A stretch of 43,685 bases of DNA from Octopus bimaculoides (lineage: Eukaryota), in assembly GCF_001194135.2 (NCBI RefSeq), contig NC_068990.1, forward strand, positions 28,798 to 72,482, given 5' to 3'. This document shows positions 1-10,328 of the stretch, in pieces. Below the pieces are notes generated by a model that was not told the origin of the DNA, did no database searches, and saw only the letters and a list, made by a program, of their open reading frames with translations. Position numbers and translations under genes: made by a program. Every line of letters begins with the position of its first letter. Within the stretch, counting starts at the first letter, position 1.

Positions 1-25
<25 letters not shown>

Positions 26-31
<6 letters not shown>

Positions 32-1057
32 GCGGTGGATAAACTGTTGTCTAAATTATGCAAAAATGAAAATAACACTGACATCTCATTTTAACAGATA
101 TATTTACCAAAATTACATTAAAATATTTTGAAATACTAAAGAGTAAATTTATTCAATAAAATCACTATTAGCTTCAACCATAGCCTCCAGACGACTTCGG
201 AATTTCCTGCAACTCTTCTAGGTGGTCTCCTTGGTTAAGTTGGTGAATGCTGCCATAACCCTTGCCTTCAGTTCATCTTTGGTGTTCAAATAGGTTTGTT
301 GGTCTCTCACTCAACTGCACCCCAAACATAATGATCAAGGGGGTTGCAATCTGGGGAGTTAAGTGGCCAAATGTCAGGGGTGGTGTGGTTGCAGGAATTG
401 TCTGACAGCCATGACTCGATTCCCCTGCTTGTGTGGCATGGTGCAGAGTCCTGTTGCTAGACATTGGGTCTTCCAGCAGCCACTCTCTTGATCCAGTGCA
501 GCACTACCACCTCCAGGCACTTGATGTAGGCCTCTGTGTTGAGTCTGATGCCATGTGGGAAGACGAATCAAGGCATAACATCGAAATCACTAGTGATCCC
601 TCCAAACACCCTGATGTGGACTGGTTGTTTGATCTTTTATCACTCTCAGTACATGTTTTGGGGACACGGCAAGCCAATGGTTGTTATGTGTGCTCACCAT
701 CTGATCCTGGCAGAAATTTTTCTCATATGTGAAAAACTAAAGCATGTTCAGTTAAAGAGATGATTGAGTTTGTTCAAAAGCTTCGTAGCACAATTTGTTT
801 TCTTGTCCTTGATAGTTTGGGATAAAAACTGGCCCTTTCTCTTCTTGTATGAGGAATACCAAATGTTTTCATGCACTACCTGCCTGATAAGAAACTCAAA
901 CGCTCCCATGTCCCTGGCAATGGACCTGATTGACTTGGAGGGATCATTGTAAATTATGGCCTAGAGCTCACCAACAAATTCAGGAGTTCTTTTCTTATCA
1001 GAACAATCACAGAAAGTTTTCCAAACTGCCATACCTTCGTAATCTCCATTAGACTCA
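26..1057 (-). mobile_element. Tc1/mariner-superfamily DNA transposon, DD37D (maT-like), decayed. C-terminal part of the transposase and one end
   Basis: Frameshifted minus-strand translation gives ESNGDYEG...SIRSIARDMG...QDSAPCHTSRGIESWLSDNSCNHTTPDIWPLNSPDCNPLD...EANSDFIE* (stop at 149-151), with 37 residues between the second and third Asp. The end abuts a (TA)n tract. Confidence 0.88.
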
Positions 1058-2993
1058 TTTCTGGTGCTCATGCTATATTTCTGTTAAGACAGCACTGATG
1101 CTACGTTTCTGGTAAGACAGCTGCAGGAGAAATACCTAGCCAAAGATAAACCTCTGTACCTGGCTTTCGTTGACATGGAGAAAGCCTTTGACAGGGTCCC
1201 CTGATCCCTTATCTGGTGGCTTATGAGGAAACTAGGGATAGATGAATGGTTAGTGAGAGCTGTGTGAGCCATGTACAGGGATGCTGTCAGTAAGGTGAGG
1301 GTTGGCAATGAGTACAGTGAAGAATTCCGGGTAGAAGTAGGGGTAGGGTCCACCAAGGAACAGTCCTCAGCCCCCACTTATTTATCATAGTCCTCAAGGC
1401 AATAACAGAGGAATTCAAGACAGGATGCCCCTGGGAGTTCCACTATGCTGATGACCTTGCTCTAATTGCTGAGTCCCTATCAGAACTAGAGGAGAAGTTC
1501 CAGGTGTGGAAGCAAGGTTTAGAATCGAAGGGCCTTAGAGTCAACCTAGCAAAAACCAAAATCCTAATAAGTAGGAAGGTAGACAAACCACAAATCCCTT
1601 CAGGTAGATGGCACTGCTCGATCTATAGAAAAGGCGTAGGTAGAAACTCTATAAGATGTACCCAGTGTAAGCTATGGACATATAAGTGGTGCAGCAATAT
1701 CAAAGGAAGGCTAACTAGGAAGATAGTTTTTGTATGTGGCAGATGCTCAGGAGCAATAAACACTGAAAATGTGCTGAGAACAACTTCTGCCACATTCCAG
1801 GGAGAAGATAGCTTCTGTTAACTAGGTGACCAAGTCAGTAGCGGGGGAGGGTGCACTAAAAGAGTAGCTGCTACAATAAGAATAGCCTCGGCAAAGTTCA
1901 GAGAGCTCTTACCTCTGCTGGTGACAAAGGGCCTCTTGCTCTGCGTAAAAGGCAGACTGTATGACACATGTCTCCGTACAACCATGCTACATGGCAGTGA
2001 AACATGGGCCGTGACTGCTGAGGACATGCGTAATCTCACAAGGAATGAAGCCAGTATGCTACGATGAATATGCAATGTCAGTGCACATACTCAACAGAGT
2101 GTAAGTACCTCGAGAGAAAAGTTGAACCTAAGAAGCATCAGTTGTGGTGTGCAAGAGAGATGATTGCGCTGGTATGGACATGTGGTGAGGATGGATGAGG
2201 ATAGCTATGTGAAAAAGTGCCACACCCTAACAGTTGAGGGAACCCGTGGAAGAGGTAGGCCCAGGAAGACCTGGGATCAGGTGGTGAAGCACGACCTTCA
2301 AACATTAGGCCTTACCTAGGCAATGACTAGTGACCGAGACCTTTGGAAATATGCTGTTTGTGAGAAGACCCAGCAAGACAAGTGAGACCATAACCCGTGG
2401 CTTTTACTAGGGGTGTAGCCAGCCCATTTATACATACCTTTCCTTATTTGGACACTAAACTCTGCTTGCGAAGACCTGTTGAGGCAATTGAAATTGAAAT
2501 CAAAATTGAACCAAATATGATGACTGGCACCCATGCGAGTGGAGCACTAACAGCACCATCCGAGCATGATTATTGCCAGAGCAACTGTCCAGCTTCCATG
2601 CTGGTGGCATGTAAAAAGCACCATTTGAGCATGTTCGTTACCAGCATCACCTTACTGACACTTGTACCGGTGACACATGAACAAAACATTCGAGCGAGGT
2701 CGTTGCCACTGCCCCTGGACTGGCTCCTGTGCAGGTAGCATGTAAAAAACACCATTTGAGTGTGGCTGTTGCCAGTACTGCCTGACTGGCCCTCAAGCCG
2801 GTGGCACGTAAAAGCACCCACTACACTCTCGGAGTAGTTGTCGTTAGGAAGGGCATCCACCTGTAGAAACTCTGCCAGATCAGATTGGAGCCTGGTGCAG
2901 CCATCTGGTTCACCAGTCCTCAGTCAAATCGTCCAACCCATGCTAGCATGGAAAGCGGATGTTAAACGATGATGATGATGATGAACTCTTTCC
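1058..2993 (+). mobile_element. RTE-clade LINE copy 1, 5'-truncated (second half of RT, PHD-like insert, 3' UTR, (GAT)n tail)
   Basis: LVRQLQEKYLAKDKPLYLAFVDMEKAFDRVP, GVHQG-like motif, YADD-type motif (~1444), GLRVNLAKTK, LRWYGHV-like region. 3' end catggaaagcggatgttaaacga(tga)n. Several stops and frameshifts. Confidence 0.95.
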
Positions 2994-3180
2994 AAATCCT
3001 CTGCACCATCCTCAGATTGACACCCAAACACTCTGAAATATTTGTATGGGAGCTTCCAGTGCAAATGCCAAGCAGTACAGCATGTTGTTTCCAAATTTCT
3101 GGCAGAGTAAATTGTGTCATGGTGCTGTTTTCCTCATAGATGGTGCCCAACTGACCCTACTATACTGCGTAATCGACAAA
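2994..3180 (-). mobile_element. N-terminal (HTH) part of the same DD37D transposase, separated by the RTE insertion
   Basis: ATG at 3120: MTQFTLPEIWKQHAVLLGICTGSSHTNISECLGVNLRMVQRIWKE, which continues naturally into ESNGDYEG at 1057. I could not identify this end's TIR. Confidence 0.8.
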
Positions 3181-4204
3181 AATCAAAAACAAAGAATGCA
3201 CAGAATGATTTCCCTTGTAGATGGTCACAAGACCATATATCACTCATGTGCTTTGTTTTCAGTTTTGGTATCTACAGCTCAATGCCATTCTTACCACCAA
3301 CCACATTGCAAAGTATACTGAATGCACTTCATCCTGGCACCAGCACTAGAGAGAGAGTGTCGTGACCTCAACAAGACTAAAAGTTGCTTGCAATCTTATG
3401 TTGTCTCCACTCAATCAGAACAGTATACTATTTGCATTTTATCATAGTACCAGCACTAGTGAGGTTAACTTGTAACAGATTGGCTAGAGAGTCCTCGTTA
3501 TAATCTAGGATGTGTTTCTATGCAAAAGATAACATCCAAGAAAGTGAGTGGAAGTGAAAGAGACAACAGAGAAATCAGGAAGGATAAGGGTAGGTTACAG
3601 GAGGAAGAGAGTCATGTCACAAGAGAGTGGCTTGTGGAAGAGGGAGAGATGACTAGCAGAACAGAAGGGGTGATGCTATGGATTATCAGGCAGGGTAAAG
3701 CATAAAGACACCCTTCAGTCACCCAGAAAGTTGCCCTCTGAGGCGTAAGTCTGAGCAAGGTTGTTTATGAAAGACCAGCAGTCATCCATGCAAACCAGCT
3801 TCCGTGCTCCATGCCACTGATGTGAAATGACGAAGGCCGATACAGCTTGGCACCAGTGACATCACAACTCATTTCTACATCTAAGTGAACTGGGGCAATG
3901 TGATGTGAAATAACGTACCTTTATCAGGCACTGCTTACTTTAATGACACTGACAGAATATTAGAGCAAATAGAGGAGAAACAGGGGACAACTGATGAGCA
4001 ATGGGAAATCGATAAATTTGGGAGGGGATGGTGGTGCAATGGGGAGATGGATCGTAGGGAGAGGAGATGAAATGGACATTAGGAAGATGGGGGGGATGCA
4101 GACAAGTACACAATGTGTAGGAGGCACAATAATGTACACATACAAACATGTACATACAAATACATACACACATCTACACATATCATGCTTCTTCTCAGCA
4201 CCCC

Positions 4205-4237
<33 letters not shown>

Positions 4238-4243
<6 letters not shown>

Positions 4244-4366
4244 CTGAGGGTGCAGGGTAGCACCTACATTGCTAGAAACAAAAGTCAAAAATTATTTTTG
4301 TGGCTATAAGGGTCTTTGACTCTTGTTTCTAGCAAAGTAGGTGCTACCCTGCACTCTCAGTCACTA
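4238..4366. mobile_element. 129-bp foldback element/MITE (52-bp inverted arms, 25-nt spacer)
   Basis: tagtgactgagggtgcagggtagcacctacattgctagaaacaaaagtcaaa matches the reverse complement of the right arm with 3 mismatches. It sits at the end of a (TA)n tract. Confidence 0.85.
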
Positions 4367-4643
4367 TTAGTGACAGTTGCATTTTTCCTTTTTGGCTTTA
4401 TATTGCATCTGGCCACCTTCGTTATTTTATATTATATATATAATACATCTCTATTAACTTTGGAAGTTGTGGCATTCATGCCTTTCCAAAGGAATTAGAA
4501 GAGTAAGTGAAATAGCAGTGGGTAGGAATTGAACCTTTGTTGCTGGTTCAATATGCTTTTTCTAAAACAGTTCACCCTTAAAAAATTATAAAGTATGTAA
4601 AATATTGGGTATTGAGCCCAAAAATGTATGATGCAATAATTAC

Positions 4644-4778
4644 CGATTTTGATTGGATCTTTCTTTGGTAAAAACATTGGTAAAAAGTTCTCTGGAATCT
4701 GGATAATGGTTGGCTGAGCACTACTAGTGATAACCTCTGTCGAAGACTCGCTGACACTCTTGCCTTCGTCTGAAGTAA
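4644..4778 (-). CDS. Host gene exon (135 nt, phase 1-1): VTSDEGKSVSESSTEVITSSAQPTIIQIPENFLPMFLPKKDPIKI. Gene continues left of the window
   Basis: Acceptor aatgtttcAG|TT at 4780-4779, donor ATCG|GTAATT at 4643. In frame. I found no convincing further exon or stop in 1-4640. Confidence 0.8.
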
Positions 4779-7700
4779 CTGAAACATTTCAGTTAAAGAA
4801 TGGGAAAGGCATGAGAGCCGCATAACAATGCAGAATGAAGAGAAAAAATGTTTCAGTTAATCCAATATTTCAGCTTTAACAATGCCTAATTGTGAACTGA
4901 AAGATTCAAAGTGAAATGATAATAGTCTCTTTTACTGATAGACTTGACAGAGGAAAGTAAGGGTCTGAGAAAAGAAAAGATGGAGAAAAAAGTTGTTAAT
5001 GTTGTTATATAGCTGCAGGTTAGTCTTGATGAACCAGGCCAGTAACAAGCAGAGAGTTGGGTGAATGAGTAAGAGCAATCCTCAGGTCCAGTGCTCCAGA
5101 TATATGCAGACTCCATCTAACTGAAGATCACATTATGTGCTAATGTAGGCTACTGCGCAGCAGCCCTGGCAGATTAATTCTTTTTTATATCTCTGTATGA
5201 TAGCTGTTGGTAGTAGTGTTGTGTAATATTAAGTTAACTCTGACTGTATAAATCTGTGATATGTTACTAGTGAGTCCACTGACTCATTGTGAGCCATGGA
5301 TCCTTTGCTAAAGACATAACAGTCCTCCACTTAGTGGAGGACTGTATTCTACACTCTGCCATGTTCACCTTGTTCTTATATGTCTGGCAGTAAGGTGTAT
5401 ATGGGCACAGCACAACAGCTGCCATTCTGCTACATTTATTGTTGGTGCTGTGCATCCCAACACAATATTCAGTGATAATGCGGTTATTGATACTTCCATT
5501 ATTCCATTGTGTATATGTGTGCTCTTATCAAGTCAGTAGAAGAGTGATTGATATTAGGCTGGTGTTGCAGTCATGTTTCAGGCTGTTGTTAGACGTGTTT
5601 ACAGCTGAAAATGCATATGTGCTACCCTTCCATTCTGACTTGAGAGTTAAAAAACAGAGTAAAAGTTGAAAATAATCATTTGACCACGTTGAGTCTGCAT
5701 GGTAGAGAAGTAATCAAGAAGATAAGTTCCACTTTTAAGAAGGGATAATCTCTCTGAGTCCGCAGCACAACACTTCAATAAACAGGTGGGAAATAAACAA
5801 GAAACCAGTAGTAAAAGACTGAGGGACAAAAGAAGTGAGAGAATGAAGGACTAAAGGATTAACTCATTAGTAGTTAAGCTAGCCATATCAGGTCCAAATA
5901 TACTACTTGTTTTATGCTCAAACTGGTCAGGTCCAGCTTCTCACACCTACTCTACAATGTCATTTTTAGAATAAACAATCACATCAGTGAAATCTCAAAG
6001 CTACAAGATAAGCTATGATTAATTCAAAACAATTATATTCTGTCACACCGGCAGCCTGAGTTTTTGCTGTCTCATGGTGTGCCCTCCCTTCCCACCCCCA
6101 CCACTTGTACCCGAAGTTTCTATCCTCTGATCTCTATCAGATGTCTCTCCCATGAACACTTCTAAAGGCTTAATGCTCCCCCATCCCTACTTAGGGTTTA
6201 TCTCCTATGTAATATAATGATTATATAGCGCATAAAAATTATGGCGTAGTGTATGCAGGTTGAAAGCTATTGTATGTTCATGAGTTCTGCCAAATGCGAG
6301 CTTTCTTTTCAGGTACATGATGCTGCTGTCCCCCATCCCAGGGTCTCATGGGCCCACACTTTCCACACCCTCAGGGTTGGCACACTGAAAGGTAGGTCTG
6401 GTGAGATTGTTGAGTTGCTTGAATGGAGACGTGTAGATTTGTGCTGCATCCAAGAAGTAAGGTGGAGAGCAGGTTCCGCGAGGTTCCTCACAGGCAAAGA
6501 ACACAGGTACAATATTTTCTGGGCAGGGAACACTGACGGGGTCGGGGGCGTGGGTATACTTCTTGCAGAGAAATGAGTGGATAAGGTAATCGAGGAAGTC
6601 AGAGTCTGTGATAGAATACTTAAGATTAGATTAGTGTTGCAACATGGGTTAGCAACCATTATCTCGGCCTGTGCCCCTCAGCCAGGGCTACCTGATGAAC
6701 AGAAAAAATGATTTTATGACACCCTCATCGACAAATGACAGGGACCTTCTCTTTGTGACTGGTGACTTCAATGGGGGCTTCCATGGCATACATGGAGGCT
6801 ATGGTTTTGGTTCCTGCAATGAGGAGGGAACCAGGCTGCTGGAGTTCTGCAATGCAAATGATCTTGTGGTTTGCAATACTAACTTCAGGAAACCTGCCAG
6901 TCACCTATTCACTTACCGATCTGGTAGACACACTTGTCAAATTGACTACATCCTCACCAGCAAATGGGAAAGATGGCTACTTATAAATGCTAAAACCTTC
7001 CCAGGAGAAGAATGCACCCCACAACATAGGTTAGTAGTTAGCGACTTCAGGATCAAGGCTAAGTGGATACCCAGAAGTTGACCAGCATGGAGAAGAAGTG
7101 TCTGGAAGCTTAAGGATCCTGTGAATGGACAGAGATTTAGAGACGTATTACTCGAAGCTTTTGACGAAATAGAGGGGGATATAACATCACATGATGTGGA
7201 AGACAACTGGGGGTTTCTACAGGAAAACCTGCTGAGGGCTACTGACCAGGTCTGTGGATGGTGTAAAGTCCCTTCTCGACCCAAGGTAACATGGTAGTGG
7301 AACAATGTAGTTGACAGGGCCATTAGGGAAAAGAAACAGGCATGAAAGGACTGGAAGAATGGTGGTAGCAGAGAACTGTATCAGACTGCCAGAAGGGAAG
7401 CTAGGAGACAGGTTTATTTGGCCAGAAGGGAAGCAGATAAGAAAAAATTTGCCAATGTTCTGTATCGTGAGAACCAAAGACTTGAGGTGTTTCGTGTTGC
7501 AAGACAGTGTGTGAGAGAGAATCGTGAGAAAGAATAGGAGAGAAACGTGTCTGCATGGATGATGGTTCACTTGCATTTAATGAGGCTGCAAGGAGAGAGA
7601 CTTGGAGACGCCACTATGAAAGGTTGCTAAATGAAGAGAATCAGTGGGAGAAAGAGAGTCTGCTGAATGTCGACCCAACAAAGGGACCAGCTATCCAAAT

Positions 7701-7982
7701 TGACAGTACCTTAGTAGATAAAGCAATTAAGAGTATGAAGTCAGGGAAGGCCCCCAGCCTATCAGGACTCACCACAGAGATGCTCAAAATATCTGGCGAT
7801 GTTGGCTATAGTCTAGTCACCTGTATAGTCAATCAGGTGATACATGAAGGAGTCATACCCAATGAGTGGTGTAGCAGCACCATAGTCAACTGTTACAAAG
7901 GTAAAGGTGACGCTTTAGATACAAATAACTACAGAGGCATCAAGTTATTGGATCAGGTAATGAAAGTCATGGAGAGGGTCAT

Positions 7983-8866
7983 NNNNNNNNNNNNNNNNNN
8001 NNNNNNNNNNNNNNNNNNNNNNNNNNNNNNNNNNNNNNNNNNNNNNNNNNNNNNNNNNNNNNNNNNNNNNNNNNNNNNNNNNNNNNNNNNNNNNNNNNNN
8101 NNNNNNNNNNNNNNNNNNNNNNNNNNNNNNNNNNNNNNNNNNNNNNNNNNNNNNNNNNNNNNNNNNNNNNNNNNNNNNNNNNNNNNNNNNNNNNNNNNNN
8201 NNNNNNNNNNNNNNNNNNNNNNNNNNNNNNNNNNNNNNNNNNNNNNNNNNNNNNNNNNNNNNNNNNNNNNNNNNNNNNNNNNNNNNNNNNNNNNNNNNNN
8301 NNNNNNNNNNNNNNNNNNNNNNNNNNNNNNNNNNNNNNNNNNNNNNNNNNNNNNNNNNNNNNNNNNNNNNNNNNNNNNNNNNNNNNNNNNNNNNNNNNNN
8401 NNNNNNNNNNNNNNNNNNNNNNNNNNNNNNNNNNNNNNNNNNNNNNNNNNNNNNNNNNNNNNNNNNNNNNNNNNNNNNNNNNNNNNNNNNNNNNNNNNNN
8501 NNNNNNNNNNNNNNNNNNNNNNNNNNNNNNNNNNNNNNNNNNNNNNNNNNNNNNNNNNNNNNNNNNNNNNNNNNNNNNNNNNNNNNNNNNNNNNNNNNNN
8601 NNNNNNNNNNNNNNNNNNNNNNNNNNNNNNNNNNNNNNNNNNNNNNNNNNNNNNNNNNNNNNNNNNNNNNNNNNNNNNNNNNNNNNNNNNNNNNNNNNNN
8701 NNNNNNNNNNNNNNNNNNNNNNNNNNNNNNNNNNNNNNNNNNNNNNNNNNNNNNNNNNNNNNNNNNNNNNNNNNNNNNNNNNNNNNNNNNNNNNNNNNNN
8801 NNNNNNNNNNNNNNNNNNNNNNNNNNNNNNNNNNNNNNNNNNNNNNNNNNNNNNNNNNNNNNNNNN
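7983..8866. other. Assembly gap (N). Others at 23418-23899, 34181-34660, 35063-35072 and 35673-36100
   Basis: Runs of N. Confidence 1.
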
Positions 8867-9469
8867 CTCCTACCTCTGCTGGTAACAAAGCGCCTCTCGC
8901 TCAGAGTGAAAGGTAGACTGTATGATGCATGTGTGCAAACAGTCATGCTACATGACAGTGAAACATGGGCTGTGATTGCTAAAGACATGAGTAAGCTTGC
9001 AAGAAATGAAGCTAGTATGCTCCGCTGGATGTGTAATGTCAGTGTACATACACGACAGAGTATAAGTGCCCTGAGAGAAAAGTTGGACATAAGAAGCATC
9101 AGATGTGGTGTGCAAGAGAGACAAATGTGCTGGTATGGTCATGTGTTGCAAATGAATGAGGACAGCTGTGTGAAAAATGTGTCATACCCCAGCAGTTGAG
9201 GGAACCTGTGGAAGAGGTAGACCCAGGAAGACCTGGAATGAGGTGGTGAAGCACAACCTTCAAACATTGGGCCTCACCGAGACAATGACAGGTGACTGAG
9301 ACCTTTGGAGATGTGCTTGAGAAGACCCGGCAAGCCAAGTGAAACCATAACCATGGCCTGTGCCAGTGCAGCATAACCGGCCCATTTAAGGGTACCCTTC
9401 AATCATTGGGCAATAAACTGCGCTTGCGAAGACCTGTTGAGGCAAGTGAAATCGTTGTCATGGCCGATG

Positions 9470-9722
9470 GCCATACCGCCTGATTGGCACCTGTGACAGT
9501 GGCATGTTAAAAGCACCATTCGAGTGTGATCACTGCCAGTGCCACCTGACTGGCTCCTGTGCTGGTGGCACGTAAAAAACACCACTCTAATATGGCCGTT
9601 ACCAGTGCCGCCAGACTGGCTCCTGTGCCGGTGGCATGTAAAAAGCACCATTTGAGCATAGTTGATGCCAGTACCACCTGACTGGCCCTTGTGTCGGTGG
9701 CATGTAAAAAGCACCCACTACA
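9470..9722 (+). repeat. About four 66-bp tandem units in the RTE 3' UTR
   Basis: Unit ccacctgactggctcctgtgctggtggcacgtaaaaaacaccactctaatatggccgttaccagtg. Related arrays at ~2540-2820, 17530-17660, 23900-24050 and 28340-28520. Confidence 0.85.
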
Positions 9723-10179
9723 CTCTCGAAGTGGTTGGCATTAGGAAGAACATCCTGCTGTTGAAACTTTGCTAAATCAGATTGGAGACTGGTGCAGCCT
9801 TCTGGCTCGCCAGTCCTCACTCAAACCGTCCAACCCATGCCAGCATGGAAAGCGGACGTTACATGACAATGATGATGATGATGAGTGTAAACTGAATGCT
9901 AAATGGTTAAAAAAATCTCAGGAACTGAAAGATTAAGACAGAGGAACTCCAAAGCTGAAAATCTAAAGGACTGAAAAACTGAAAGATTGGAGGATTAAAA
10001 AACTAACGAACTGACAAATTTTTTAAAAAGAATTATGAAACTGAAGGACTGAAAACTGAAAGATTGAAAAAGAAAAGGAGACTTGAGAAATTGGAGAACT
10101 AAGGAACTGAAGAATTAAGAAAAAAACTAAGGAACAGGAAAATTGAAGACATGAAGAACTGAGGAAGTGAAAGACTCAC

Positions 10180-10281
10180 CTGATTGGCTTGTTGGATTTT
10201 CAGCAGTTTTGGAATGTACTTTTGAAATTTCTTCATTAACATCTGTGGACCCAACTGGCTTTGTATTCTCGGTTGTATTGT
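10180..10281 (-). CDS. Host gene exon (102 nt, phase 1-1): DNTTENTKPVGSTDVNEEISKVHSKTAENPTSQS
   Basis: Acceptor ttgtttgcttcacAG|AC at 10283-10282, donor TCAG|GTGAGT at 10179. In frame. Confidence 0.85.
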
Positions 10282-10328
10282 CTGTGAAGCAAACAATGAG
10301 GACATTGATATATATATATATATATATA

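Larger units (their letters stand above)
6050..9884 (+). mobile_element. RTE-clade LINE copy 2, near full length (APE endonuclease + RT), decayed, with a gap at 7983-8866
   Basis: APE motifs LRVGTL...VDLCCIQEVRW, GDFNG, GTRLLEFC, QIDYIL, QHRLVVSDF (6370-7050). RT start KAPSLSG...NYRGIKLL. 3' UTR repeat array and (GAT)n tail. The 5' boundary is approximate. Confidence 0.95.

Noticed and set aside
3991-4008. CTGATGA...GAAA hammerhead-like core (also CTGAAGAGACTGAAA at ~13223)
   Set aside because: No valid stem II or stems I/III. The 13.2-kb motif is not conserved in the sister MITE copy.
5267-5669. Short ORFs on both strands as a host or nested exon
   Set aside because: No consistent splice sites or motifs. 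The phase-1 readings hit stops, and 10180 joins 4778 cleanly.
7555-9099. Long ORFs of 190-450 aa spanning N runs (also at 23.3, 34.1 and 35.5 kb)
   Set aside because: Artefacts of translating assembly gaps.
9470-9722. Regularly spaced ~66-bp repeats resembling a CRISPR array
   Set aside because: The whole unit is repeated with no unique spacers, there are no cas genes, and it is the 3' UTR of a eukaryotic LINE.
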